Part shown: positions 1 through 9,817 of the stretch, piece after piece
Position numbering within the stretch: the first letter of the stretch is position 1
How the letters are laid out: every line of letters begins with the position of its first letter
From: Chromatiales bacterium USCg_Taylor
GTDB taxonomy: Bacteria; Pseudomonadota; Gammaproteobacteria; JACCXJ01
Direction: 5' to 3'
Length of the DNA: 44,300 bases
Assembly (NCBI GenBank): GCA_002007425.1
Contig: MUGK01000042.1
Span: 1-44,300, forward strand
Notes under the pieces: generated by a model
What the model saw: only the letters and a program-made list of their open reading frames with translations
Databases searched by the model: none
What the model was told of the DNA's origin: nothing
Program-made: the position numbers and the translations under genes

Positions 1-147
1 TTCTTTGCTCATGGTGCTAAGATCGCATATTCATGATCAATTGGCGATCCCCCTGCAAACAATTTTTTCACAGCCTCTGAGAGGAAGATCCGTCTGTGAG
101 GGAAGCCGCTTGATCTATTTTCATGCCTATTGACGGAGGCTCTCGCT

Positions 148-2550
148 TCAGGATGCGCCGAGGATGATCGACCGGTAGAGACCCTTCCAGCGCTGGCGGT
201 CGAGCTCGGTCCGCGCAATGCGCAGCGACGATTGCGCCAGCTGATCTCCGAGCGTCGGGTCCGAGTGCAGGCGCAGAACCGCATCAGCAAGGGATTGGGC
301 GTCCAACCGGGTCAATAGCACATCCTCCTCGTGCCGGAACATCTGGCCAAATGGCTGTTCAGGCAGTATGCAAGGTTTGCCCATGGCCATGGCTTCTGCT
401 ACGGCCTGCGGAAATCCTTCTGCCCTCGAAGGCAGGATCAGCGCATCGGCGTGATCATAGAGCGCCGGCAAGTCCTCGCTCTGCACAAAGCCGACGTAGT
501 TTCGATTGCCTTGCTCCTCCACCGGAAAGTTTCCCGCGAACACGAATTCGACCTGGGGCCGCTTCTCGCGCACGAGATCAGCGGCGTGCTCGATCAAATC
601 GTAGCCTTTCTCCAGCGACTTCCTGCCTACATACAGAAAACGCACGCACCCGGATGAGTTGCGTTCCCGCTTCGGTGAAAACTTCTCCAGGTCAACGCCT
701 CTGATGCAGACCTTGGCCTTGGTGCCGTCGATCACGATTTTCTGAATCCGTTTTAGTTCCCACGGCGACATCGTGATGATTTCATCCACGAGCGCCATGC
801 TCAAGGTCTGGTCCAGCAATTCACGGCCGAGGTTTTTGGGCTCCTCATCATAGGTGCCCAGCAATTTGCGCACGCCTATCTCGTCTCCCGCGAATCGCAA
901 AACGCTGCGGCAAGGCAGGAGCCGGCCTATTACGCCGATGGCGAAACCCACCGTCACTGCGCCAAAAATATTGGTCACCACATCGGGACGAATCACGTTG
1001 GCCAGCTCTAGGGCTTCGGAAAACAATATATCGGTCCTTGTCCCTTCATTGGTTCGCGCAGAAGGCTCGAAATGCGTGATGCCGTAACGAGCGCAGAGGG
1101 TTCGCAGACTTTCCCTGGCGAACGGTGGTACCGGGCCGGTCATCATGTAGATCTCGGCCTGCTGGTGGATCTCCTCGAACAGATCGGGAAAGATGTATTT
1201 CGCCCGTGTGTCCCAGATCCCTTCGCGGAACTCCCAGGGTCCCAGATACAATACCCTTTTTCTGGATCCGTCTGCCGTGCCAGGCTCTTTGACAAGCAAG
1301 TCCGCCGACGCAAGCGGGAAGTCCCTTGGGAGACTCCGTAACGGATTATCGCTCAGGCTTCCATTGGAACGAAACACATCCACTAAAGTCATCTTCAGGG
1401 ACCAGGAATGCAGGGTCACTTGTTTCCGGGCGAATTTCAACAGCGTCTTGCTTTGATTCAGCTTGTCCCTGAGCGATTGCTCGCGCAGCCCTGGTCCAAA
1501 CAGAAAGCGCCAGCCCCGGTAGGGTAACTTGAGTGCCGCAAGGTAAGAACGTGCGGCCTCCGTAAAGTACTTCGACAGTACAAGGGCTCGCGAGCTACCG
1601 CACCGTGCTTTCTCGTCCTTGGTCTGTTCCAGCAGCTTCTTTAATTGATCATGGCGCTGCGTAACCGCCTTAAGCCGCGCGCGCAGTTGGAGGTCCTCCG
1701 AGCCGTGGGTTTCGATACATTTCCTCCATCCAATTTGTTCGTCGCAGAAACGCAGATACTCGTTAACACAGTCCCGGATTTTTTCCGTAACCCTGATCGC
1801 GCCTGAAAGCCCCCTCAGTTCTTCATAGATCTTCACCGTCAGCGGGCTGGCGGGAGGACTTGCCTGTATGGTACGGTTCAGTTCCGGCCTCACGACGTTA
1901 CTCGAGCCGAGCAGGGGTTCGACGCTAATTTCGGCCGCGGGACTGTCTTGGACATAGGCGAGCAGATCCCGAACCACCTGTGCCGGACGCGCGCCCAAAT
2001 CTTCATAATGCACCAGGCAGAGCTCGCCCTGCATATGCGAAAAGGATACGGCGACCCGGTTCAGCCAGATGGCCTCGCCGATGGCGGCATCCAACCCGTA
2101 GGTTTTGTGAATAGAGTTGGCGACGGAGCTTGGGTGGCGCAGGCAGAAAACGTAACGGGTGGAGATGTCCAGATCGACACAGATCTCCTGCCACAACGGA
2201 ATCAGAAGCGATAGCCGGGGGTCCTTGATGCCCCAGAGGCCATTGTGCCGTGCCATCGTGGTTTCGACGTAGGCCCTTAGTTTCGTCTTCGCGGCGGATA
2301 CCGCCGGATGGTTCGTCCAGTCGGCGGGAAATGGCACGGCGGCACCGACTATGCCATGACAACCCAGCGCATCCAGTAAAGCCTGGTGGGTCTCCACGAC
2401 ATACCGGTCCTCCCAATAGCCTGCCGGATTAGCCTGGTTGGCAGGGATCAGATCGGTCGATAAGCCAACCCCTGCACGGTGCAGGATCTGCATGACGAGC
2501 GATGTGCCGCTTCTGCCCGGGCCTAATACGAACACAATGGCGAACTTCAT
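148..2550 (-). CDS. Sulfotransferase-family domain / coiled-coil / GT4 glycosyltransferase fusion (800 aa)
   Basis: N-terminal P-loop sulfotransferase motifs (VLGPGRSGTSL, NPAGYWED, IKDPRL, LRHPSSVANS, VHYEDL). A heptad-rich segment follows at ~aa 283-320. The C-terminus has GT4/GT-B motifs (YVGRKSLEKG, PSRAEGFPQAVAEAMAMGKP). Confidence 0.85.
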   Translation of the reverse strand: MKFAIVFVLGPGRSGTSLVMQILHRAGVGLSTDLIPANQANPAGYWEDRYVVETHQALLDALGCHGIVGAAVPFPADWTNHPAVSAAKTKLRAYVETTMARHNGLWGIKDPRLSLLIPLWQEICVDLDISTRYVFCLRHPSSVANSIHKTYGLDAAIGEAIWLNRVAVSFSHMQGELCLVHYEDLGARPAQVVRDLLAYVQDSPAAEISVEPLLGSSNVVRPELNRTIQASPPASPLTVKIYEELRGLSGAIRVTEKIRDCVNEYLRFCDEQIGWRKCIETHGSEDLQLRARLKAVTQRHDQLKKLLEQTKDEKARCGSSRALVLSKYFTEAARSYLAALKLPYRGWRFLFGPGLREQSLRDKLNQSKTLLKFARKQVTLHSWSLKMTLVDVFRSNGSLSDNPLRSLPRDFPLASADLLVKEPGTADGSRKRVLYLGPWEFREGIWDTRAKYIFPDLFEEIHQQAEIYMMTGPVPPFARESLRTLCARYGITHFEPSARTNEGTRTDILFSEALELANVIRPDVVTNIFGAVTVGFAIGVIGRLLPCRSVLRFAGDEIGVRKLLGTYDEEPKNLGRELLDQTLSMALVDEIITMSPWELKRIQKIVIDGTKAKVCIRGVDLEKFSPKRERNSSGCVRFLYVGRKSLEKGYDLIEHAADLVREKRPQVEFVFAGNFPVEEQGNRNYVGFVQSEDLPALYDHADALILPSRAEGFPQAVAEAMAMGKPCILPEQPFGQMFRHEEDVLLTRLDAQSLADAVLRLHSDPTLGDQLAQSSLRIARTELDRQRWKGLYRSIILGAS

Positions 2551-2596
2551 GCTCCCTCTTGCCTACCGTTGTGTGAGCAAGGTCCTGCGTTCTTGG

Positions 2597-2974
2597 TCAA
2601 TCCCGGCTCGCATCACGCCTATTGGGGACAATCGCACGCTCCAGCAGCCGCCTGACCAGGCGATAGGAACGCCCGAATAGGCGATATGAACGCCTGACCA
2701 CGCGATATGGGAGCGGAAGGCCCAGCGCCCTGAATGCCCTCAGAATGGTGCTCCCGGTACGGTAGGCCATGGAACTAAAATAAACGTTTAAATCGTCCCT
2801 ATTAATTTTCTCCAGCTCGGCATTGCGCACGCGCATTTCCTCGATCTGATCGGACAAATCCATTGCCATTACCAAACCGTCGTTGATCTGCTCGACCATC
2901 GCAGTCAATTCCTGCTCCAATTCGGCGTTACGTATAGCCAGCTCCGATTCTATGTTTGCACCCACCTCTTTCAA
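2597..2974 (-). CDS. Small coiled-coil protein with basic amphipathic C-terminal helix (hypothetical)
   Basis: AAGGAG RBS overlaps the upstream stop; start is TTG 2974 or GTG 2965. Repeated RNAELE heptads; C-terminal SSMAYRTGSTILRAFRALG..RRSYRL. Co-oriented within the operon. Confidence 0.65.
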   Translation of the reverse strand: MKEVGANIESELAIRNAELEQELTAMVEQINDGLVMAMDLSDQIEEMRVRNAELEKINRDDLNVYFSSMAYRTGSTILRAFRALGLPLPYRVVRRSYRLFGRSYRLVRRLLERAIVPNRRDASRD

Positions 2975-2978
2975 CTCC

Positions 2979-4049
2979 TTATTCTATATCTCCGCGACCA
3001 TGACTTTCTTCTAAAATCGCCGCATGATGTACTTTGTCAGATGCAAAGAAGTCACGGCGAAATATTCTATGCCCGTTCCGATCCGCCATCTCCTGTCTCA
3101 GGCTCGACACCTGATCGGCCGGCAAACTGTTGTACCCACGGACGACGACGCCAGTCGTATCCGTATGCATGTCTTGCGCGACCTTGTCGCATTCGAATCC
3201 ATAGCCCAGTATCTCGAAATCTGACTTGAAGTATTCGTAGACCAGCCGCTGCGTTTCAGGCGTATATTTCGGTTGCACGAAATTCGCTGATCTTTCTCCT
3301 ACGTACGGCAACCAGATGTTCCTGCCAGCCAGGGATTCAACCAGCGGCCATTGTTCCTGGACCTTTTCAAGGTTGCCCACGAAATCGACAAAGATACCTT
3401 CGCTGTCTCTGATGAACAGGTTCTGATGGATGATATGGTTGTCTAGTTCCTGGAACGGCACGGCCACAAATTTCTTCACGAATTCGTTGAAATGTTCCTG
3501 CAGGGTATCCGGTCCCGGCTCAGGCAGCCGCCCCCAAAATGCGATCAAGCCACGGCGATCTCTCCCCGCGGCACGGCCGGTCATCCATCGATCCAGACCC
3601 ATGAGCGGCCCCTCAACGAACTTCGCCATGGACTTCCGGGCGGCCCTCTTCAACCTCGCCGCCAAGGAAGAATCAAAGCGATCGCCAAAGCGATCGCCGA
3701 TCCCAATGGTGCGGTAATAGCCGTTCGCGATGGCCACCCGGCGGCGCGCGTAGAATGACATCAGCCGGTCGTAGGGATTCCTGACGAAAGTGAATGTCGG
3801 GACTTCTTCCGCCCGGTAGTACTTCCTACGCTCGTTCCCTTGTGGCAACAGATCAATGACCTTGCCATCCGCCCGGATATTGCAGACGGCAAGGCGCATT
3901 GTCTTGCAGGCACATCGCGCTATGGTGATGTACGCGATGGAGTCATCGGCCAGCGGCAGAGCCAGATACGGCGAGTGCCTCTTCAGTTCCGCAGGGTAAT
4001 GATATCTCACCTGTTCATTCCCGGTCGAAGTCTTCAGGTATTCTTGCAC
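2979..4049 (-). CDS. Sulfotransferase family 2 (Sulfotransfer_2-like) protein
   Basis: YITIARCACKTMR (variant 5'-PAPS loop), FTFVRNPYDRLMSFY (3'-PB), HIIHQ, DFVGNLE, YFKSDFEILGY. Start moved to GTG 4049 to avoid overlap with the upstream epimerase. Confidence 0.75.
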   Translation of the reverse strand: MQEYLKTSTGNEQVRYHYPAELKRHSPYLALPLADDSIAYITIARCACKTMRLAVCNIRADGKVIDLLPQGNERRKYYRAEEVPTFTFVRNPYDRLMSFYARRRVAIANGYYRTIGIGDRFGDRFDSSLAARLKRAARKSMAKFVEGPLMGLDRWMTGRAAGRDRRGLIAFWGRLPEPGPDTLQEHFNEFVKKFVAVPFQELDNHIIHQNLFIRDSEGIFVDFVGNLEKVQEQWPLVESLAGRNIWLPYVGERSANFVQPKYTPETQRLVYEYFKSDFEILGYGFECDKVAQDMHTDTTGVVVRGYNSLPADQVSSLRQEMADRNGHRIFRRDFFASDKVHHAAILEESHGRGDIE

Positions 4050-4065
4050 GCCGGTGATCTCGTGC

Positions 4066-5055
4066 CTAGTCCGGCCCGCAGCCCTGTCGTATGAAGTACT
4101 CGACCGTTCTGCTGATACCGCCGCGCAGGTCCATGGTCGGGATCCAACCCAGGATCGATTCGGCCTTGCGGGTATCGGCGAAGTTGCGCATGACATCGCC
4201 CCTTCTGCGGGCCCCATACTCGATGCTCATTGTGATCCCCTTCTCCCTGAGTATTTCCGAAACGAGCTCCACGACCTCGGCGACCGTGTGCTCGCGACCA
4301 GTGGCAATGTGGAACAACTCCCCCGCAACGTCCCGCTCGATGGCGCGCAATACGGCATTGACGAGATCGTCAATGTAAATAAAATCGCGGCTCTGCTTTC
4401 CATCCCCGTAGATCTCGCAGGGCTGTCCGAGCAGCGCTTGGCGGATGAGCTTCGCGACTACGCTGGACTTGTGCCTGCACCCGGGGCCATAGACATTGCC
4501 GAACCGTAACGCGACCGTAGACAAGCCGAAGCTCTTAGCATACGCGCAGCAGTATCCCTCTCCCGCCAGCTTGCTCGCACCGTACGGGGACACCGGGCGC
4601 GCGGGGATCTCCTCATGCAGCGGCGGTTGTGCCTCGCCGATGGGTGCTCCCGACGAAGCGAAGAGGAATTTTCTCACGGAACTCTGGCGGGCGGCTTCCA
4701 GCATATTGAATGTCCCGATCACGTTGCTCTCCATGTCGGTCCGGGGATCCTCGACCGAAATTGGGACGCCGGTGCTGGCGGCCAAGTGAACGATACAGTC
4801 TACGCCATCGGCGCAGCGCAGTGCTGTATCAAAATCCCGTAGATCGCCCTCGACCAGGACCACACCGGTTGCCGCCCGGCAGTCTCCGGCGGGGCGCCGC
4901 GTAAACGCGGAAACCCTCCCGAGATCCTCCGCCGTACCCACCAGCAAGTTGTCGAGCACGCGAATCGCGGCGGCGGGCTCGGCCTGAAGGATGCGCCGGA
5001 TAAGTGCAGTGCCGATGAATCCACAACCACCGGTTATAAGGTATCTCGCCGGCAT
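4066..5055 (-). CDS. NAD-dependent nucleotide-sugar epimerase/dehydratase (GalE-like extended SDR)
   Basis: TGGCGFIG Rossmann motif, HLAA, FASS, YGASK catalytic motif, RFGNVYGP, YGDGKQSRDFIYIDD. Confidence 0.9.
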   Translation of the reverse strand: MPARYLITGGCGFIGTALIRRILQAEPAAAIRVLDNLLVGTAEDLGRVSAFTRRPAGDCRAATGVVLVEGDLRDFDTALRCADGVDCIVHLAASTGVPISVEDPRTDMESNVIGTFNMLEAARQSSVRKFLFASSGAPIGEAQPPLHEEIPARPVSPYGASKLAGEGYCCAYAKSFGLSTVALRFGNVYGPGCRHKSSVVAKLIRQALLGQPCEIYGDGKQSRDFIYIDDLVNAVLRAIERDVAGELFHIATGREHTVAEVVELVSEILREKGITMSIEYGARRRGDVMRNFADTRKAESILGWIPTMDLRGGISRTVEYFIRQGCGPD

Positions 5056-5091
5056 GCTATTACGATAGCCGCCGGCCGGATTGTACGTAAA

Positions 5092-6192
5092 TCACAATTT
5101 TTCCGCCCGTAGCTTTGCGTAAACGGGCAGCAAGTCATTCGCGACGATGCGTTCCCAATCGAATCGTTGGATCGCCGTTCGATTCACGGCAATCTCCTCG
5201 TGCAGATCCGGTTTGGCGCATATCTGATTCAGTCCAGCTACAACTCCCTGTGGCGAATTCTGAAATGGCGTGAAAGAGAAGCCGAAACGCGACGCGTAGT
5301 CCCTATGGCCGATGGTGTCCGAGGCCATAAACGGCAAGCCCGCGGCGCTGTATTCCAGAAACTTGAGGGACGGCGCCCTGGAAAACTTGTCGTATGGTAC
5401 GTAGGCGATCCCGGCGTCGTATTCGCACAGACGGACGTAGATTTCCTCCTGCGGCACCAGTCCTGTCAGCCTGATGCAATCGCACAGCCCGCTGCTAGCG
5501 ACCAGGTTACGTAGCTCCCCCAGGGCGTTCCCGCCGCCAATAATGTCTAGGGAAGGTCTTAGGCTATTGATGCGAGAAAACCTTGCGAACGCGCGGATCA
5601 ACAGTTCCAGTTGGCGTACCCGTGCGACACTGCCGATGTAGAGAAACTTCCGGGGCGTGCCGGCCGGCCTCCCAGCAGCCTTAAAGCGCCGCGTTTCCAC
5701 GCCCGGAGGCAGCTCCGTGATGTGCCTGAAGCGCAGGGGGAGATTGTCCTCGATGGTACCCAGGGAATGCGTGAAGACGTGATCGACAAAAAACTGGCAG
5801 AGAAAATAACGCCACAAGACGGCCGCGTGGGCGGCGTTACTGCTTACCAGAAGTGGCGAACGAAAGTCGAGGACCCGCTTAACCAGCGGGAGCGCCCGGC
5901 GCAGCCCGTAGAGGATCCGCAGGCAAAGCGGGTTATGAAACACATGCACGATCTCGGGTTTAAACCCCTGTAGCGCGCCGAAAATCTTTGCCGCCCTGGT
6001 CTCCGCTGAGCCAGCGCCTACGTCGCAGATATTGAGGTCGTCGTTTTTGTAAACGACTTCTTCGCCTGATTTCGGGTTACCCTGGCATAGCACCAGCACA
6101 TCGTGCCGTTGCGCAACATACTTCGGCATCAAATAGCTGTCCGTGCCCCCCAGGACACCGAATGCCGCTCGCATGATAAAGGCTATCCTCAT
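5092..6192 (-). CDS. Glycosyltransferase family 4
   Basis: MRIAF start at 6192; PPGVE, LYIGSVARVRQ, SLKFLEYSAAGLPFMASD, FDWERI GT4 motifs. Confidence 0.85.
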   Translation of the reverse strand: MRIAFIMRAAFGVLGGTDSYLMPKYVAQRHDVLVLCQGNPKSGEEVVYKNDDLNICDVGAGSAETRAAKIFGALQGFKPEIVHVFHNPLCLRILYGLRRALPLVKRVLDFRSPLLVSSNAAHAAVLWRYFLCQFFVDHVFTHSLGTIEDNLPLRFRHITELPPGVETRRFKAAGRPAGTPRKFLYIGSVARVRQLELLIRAFARFSRINSLRPSLDIIGGGNALGELRNLVASSGLCDCIRLTGLVPQEEIYVRLCEYDAGIAYVPYDKFSRAPSLKFLEYSAAGLPFMASDTIGHRDYASRFGFSFTPFQNSPQGVVAGLNQICAKPDLHEEIAVNRTAIQRFDWERIVANDLLPVYAKLRAEKL

Positions 6193-6203
6193 TTTTGGCC
6201 TTC

Positions 6204-7964
6204 CTATATCATGAGCTCCGTAAAACCTCGGCACACCTTTTTGGCATTCGTTTTCAGCAGCTCCGGGCTGGCACGCCACGTATGATCAGCGGTATCGATT
6301 CTTCGACTCACGACCATATTGAACTCATCCAAAGAGGCGATAACCAGGCGTCTCTCAGTCGCTTGCATGAGGAACGCGGTATCAGCAGTGCCGAACACCG
6401 AGTCCGGATAGCGGGTCCTCAGGAGCACGTCTTTCCTACCGCCGAGGGTATTTCCACACAGCCATAGTTCGTAATGCCCAGGCAACACGGTCAGCGCCGG
6501 AATCTTGAGCTGGCGGTCATAGGTGTCGCCTTCACCCTCGAACAAGTAGTACTTTGGAGGTTTGCCGAAGATGTCCGCGCCTACGGACCTCAAGTGCAGC
6601 ATCATGTCCAGAAGGTAGTTTTCACCGTAATAGTCGTCGTCATCCACTCGAAAGCAATACTCTCCTCTGGCCAAGACGTTGCCCAAATTCAGGCACGCAC
6701 CCGCGTACCGCTCCTCCGGGACATTGATAATTTGCACGTCATCCCTGCCCTGCGTGGCGCGAATAAGCTCCTCGGCACCGGCCAGGGATGTCCGATTAAT
6801 CACGAGGACCAGGTCCTTTTTGGGATAACTCTGGCCATCGAAGGTCTCCAGGCAACGAAATAACAACTCGATTCTGCGCGTCGGGGTGACGACCGTAGCC
6901 CCGGGGTACTCCTCCCACTCTGTCGAGATGCCGATCTTCCTGCAGATGTCCCTGAGCCGGTGGGAAAAGGTGTGCTGATGATAAACCGCCCGCCAACCGA
7001 GCTGGCCGCATTTTCTCCGGTATAGATCATCCCCCGCGAGTTTGCCGAGCTCGGCTTCCACGTCGGACGCATCGTCCCTCTCCATGACGATGCCCTGACG
7101 TACATCGTCCTGCGCGAGTCGGCCCGCGTGGATGACCGGTACCCTACACGCCGCCGTTTCCAGCACCGCCCACTGTTGGTCCGTCTTTGTACGCGGCGCG
7201 GAGTCCAGAAACAGAGCTGTCTTCGCGTATTTCACAGCCACCAGGCGGTTCGCGGCATCGACGCAGCCCAGGATGCAGGAGGAGAAGTCGGGGATTGCGG
7301 CCAGCTCTGATGCAGATACCTCGCGGCTCGAATCGATGATCTTTAATCCATATTTTGTAGCACGGCGTAGAACATCGAGGCTCTGCTTCTTATCCAGCAG
7401 ATCGGCGAGGCCATCATACAGCACACCGATGTCGAGGGCATCGGCATGGCCGAACACCCGGAACGGGTTGTAAATCTGCGGCTGGATCGCGGGCAGGAGG
7501 ACCTCCGCGTCCAGGCCGATGCTGCGCAGATCTTCCGTCTCACGCGTATCGGCGCAAAACATATAGTCGAAGCGCCTCGCGATCGACCGGAACAACCCGG
7601 CGAAAGTATGATCCTGGGTGTTCCACAGGACCGTTGGGATCCCGAGTGACTTTGCAAAGTCCAGCATGTCGGTGAGATCGGAACCCTCAGTACCGCCGGC
7701 TATGCGCCAGTCCGCGACCGATTCGTCCGGGCTGGCCTCGACAAGCACCAGGTCCGGCTTCCTCTCGCTGAGGAGTCCCTTCCAGCTCAAGGTGGTCATG
7801 GAGAGCAATTCCGCTTCATGCGCCAACCCGGAGCGCAGCCGCGCACCTGTGACGGCCGCTATGCAGAGCCCCGGCATCGCCTTCGGGCACGGGGCCGTGA
7901 ACGCCGGAACCACCGGCCTCCAGGCTACGATCCGGTCTATAATGTCTTCCCGTACTGAGCTCAT
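6204..7964 (-). CDS. Two-domain glycosyltransferase (CgeB-like GT-B domain + C-terminal GT2 domain), paralog 1
   Basis: KPDLVLVE, IPTVLWNTQD, LLPAIQPQIYNP, ETAACRVP, HTFSHRL (CgeB-like). Then VVTPTRR, QSYPKKDL, GACLN, RVDDDDYYG (GT-A DxD). Confidence 0.8.
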   Translation of the reverse strand: MSSVREDIIDRIVAWRPVVPAFTAPCPKAMPGLCIAAVTGARLRSGLAHEAELLSMTTLSWKGLLSERKPDLVLVEASPDESVADWRIAGGTEGSDLTDMLDFAKSLGIPTVLWNTQDHTFAGLFRSIARRFDYMFCADTRETEDLRSIGLDAEVLLPAIQPQIYNPFRVFGHADALDIGVLYDGLADLLDKKQSLDVLRRATKYGLKIIDSSREVSASELAAIPDFSSCILGCVDAANRLVAVKYAKTALFLDSAPRTKTDQQWAVLETAACRVPVIHAGRLAQDDVRQGIVMERDDASDVEAELGKLAGDDLYRRKCGQLGWRAVYHQHTFSHRLRDICRKIGISTEWEEYPGATVVTPTRRIELLFRCLETFDGQSYPKKDLVLVINRTSLAGAEELIRATQGRDDVQIINVPEERYAGACLNLGNVLARGEYCFRVDDDDYYGENYLLDMMLHLRSVGADIFGKPPKYYLFEGEGDTYDRQLKIPALTVLPGHYELWLCGNTLGGRKDVLLRTRYPDSVFGTADTAFLMQATERRLVIASLDEFNMVVSRRIDTADHTWRASPELLKTNAKKVCRGFTELMI

Positions 7965-7990
7965 TAGATGGTGATTGATTGCGGCGCGAA

Positions 7991-9805
7991 TTAGACAAAT
8001 ACGTCCTCGACTAGATTTTCGAGCGGCTGTACCCGGCTCTTGAGCTCCGCGGTCGCTGACACCCGCGTGTGATCCTCCCGGTCCGGTTGGCGGACCGTGA
8101 CCAGGTTCAGCGGATCCAGGATCAGCACCTCGAGATCGTTGCGTCTCAATTGAAGGACGAACGCCGTATCGCCCGTCGCATGCGGCGTGTCTGCAACGCG
8201 AACGTAGGGTCCGACCGCCTTTTTGCCGGCGAGGGAATTGCCATCCAAGCAGATTTTGCCTCTTCCCGACTCCTCCGGCGGCAGGACGAACAACTCGGGA
8301 GTATTCGCCGGGGCGCCGTCGTAGATGAGAGGCTCGCCCGCGAAGGTGTAGTACCGAGGCGGCTTACCGACGACATCGGCGTCACACGCGCTGAGGTGAA
8401 GCATTATGTCGGACACAAAGCGGTCTCCGTACCGATCGTCGATATCCATTTTGAACCAGTATTCGCCGTGAGCGGCGCTGATCCCGGCCCGCATTCCGGC
8501 GCCGGTATCTTCGTCCCGCGGAAGATGCAATGCTCGTATGTCCTTGCGCGCGTTGATATAGGAGGCGATCTCGGACGCGGCCGGTCCGCCCTTGAAGAGG
8601 ATGACCAATTCCTTGTTGGGGTAGTCCTGCCGGTCGAATAAGCTGAGGCAGTCCGGCAAGCGCCCCGTCGTCGAGATCGGAACGATGATCGAAGCCCGCG
8701 GATGCTCTACCCAATCGTGGGCGATCCCCACTTTCGTGCAGATCGAATTTACCCGGCGGGCGAAGGAATGATTTAAGCACACCTGACGCCAAGCCAGATG
8801 GCCGGTCCTCTTCCGGTGCAATTCATTCTCGCGCAGCGCCGCGATCGCGGCCGGCAGGGAGTCTTCGCTCGCCGCCTCGACAACGAGGCCCTTCCGGAGG
8901 TCTCCTTCCGGCAGCCGTCCATAGTGGATGATCGGCGTCCGGCAGGCGGCCGTCTCAAGCGCTCGCCACCGCTGCTCGGTCAGAGTCAGGTGTGACTCCA
9001 GCATCAGCACGATCTGGGCGTATTTCATCGCCGTGAGCCTCCCCTGTGCGGTGACGCATCCCAGCAGGTTGCTTTCGAAGCCCTCCAGATCCCGCATCTT
9101 CTTCATGAAGATGAGGCTGTGCGAATCGATCAATTTCAACCCCTCGGAACGCAGTCGTCTCAAAACTTCAAGAGCCGCGGCATCCCGCAGGAGGTCCACT
9201 ATCCCGTCCAGCAGCAGACCGATGGCGAGCGAGTCGTCGAATCCATACGGCCGTAAGGGATTGAAGATCGCGGGCTGGACCGCCGGCAACAACAGGTCGG
9301 TATCGACGCCAGCCTCGCACAGGGCTTGTGCTTCGCGGTTATCGGCACAGAATACGAAATCGAAGTGACGGGCGAATTCCCGGTACTGGGTGTGATAGCC
9401 ATGATCCTGCGTATGCCAGAACACGCGCGGGATCCCCTTTGCCCCGGCGAGCGCCAAGATTTCCCGGAGCTCAGCATGTTCACCCGTCCGGCCTGTTTGC
9501 CCGAGATACCAGTGCCCCGTGGCGGTCTCCCAACAGGACTCGACGAGCAGCAGGTCGGGGCGACCGTAGGTCAGCACGGCCCTCCAGGTTTGCGGGGTTA
9601 GCAGCAGCAGCGTTCCCTCGTAACGAAGCCCATTCCAGAGCCTGTTACTGACGATTGCAGCGATTCTCAGGGAAGAATTTAAGCGCTTAGCCTTGAACTT
9701 GTGCAGCGAGACCGGTGGCGTCCACCAGTGAATGCGCCGGATAACTTCGTCCGGGGGGGTGGAGCGACCGAGCAGACGATGCTCGGCCATTGGTTCCGCG
9801 TTCAT
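7991..9805 (-). CDS. Two-domain glycosyltransferase (CgeB-like GT-B domain + C-terminal GT2 domain), paralog 2
   Basis: RPDLLLVESCW, IPRVFWHTQD, LLPAVQPAIFNP, ETAACRTP, HSFARRV, QDYPNKEL, KMDIDDRYG. Collinear with the 6204-7964 protein. Confidence 0.8.
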   Translation of the reverse strand: MNAEPMAEHRLLGRSTPPDEVIRRIHWWTPPVSLHKFKAKRLNSSLRIAAIVSNRLWNGLRYEGTLLLLTPQTWRAVLTYGRPDLLLVESCWETATGHWYLGQTGRTGEHAELREILALAGAKGIPRVFWHTQDHGYHTQYREFARHFDFVFCADNREAQALCEAGVDTDLLLPAVQPAIFNPLRPYGFDDSLAIGLLLDGIVDLLRDAAALEVLRRLRSEGLKLIDSHSLIFMKKMRDLEGFESNLLGCVTAQGRLTAMKYAQIVLMLESHLTLTEQRWRALETAACRTPIIHYGRLPEGDLRKGLVVEAASEDSLPAAIAALRENELHRKRTGHLAWRQVCLNHSFARRVNSICTKVGIAHDWVEHPRASIIVPISTTGRLPDCLSLFDRQDYPNKELVILFKGGPAASEIASYINARKDIRALHLPRDEDTGAGMRAGISAAHGEYWFKMDIDDRYGDRFVSDIMLHLSACDADVVGKPPRYYTFAGEPLIYDGAPANTPELFVLPPEESGRGKICLDGNSLAGKKAVGPYVRVADTPHATGDTAFVLQLRRNDLEVLILDPLNLVTVRQPDREDHTRVSATAELKSRVQPLENLVEDVFV

Positions 9806-9817
9806 TCTCGCGCGAGG

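Noticed and set aside
1-12. Possible start (ATG AGC AAA GAA) of a further minus-strand gene at the window edge
   Set aside because: Only four codons are visible, which cannot be supported.
4050-4217. N-terminal extension of the 412-aa sulfotransferase ORF
   Set aside because: It overlaps the 3' end of the epimerase gene and is not protein-like.
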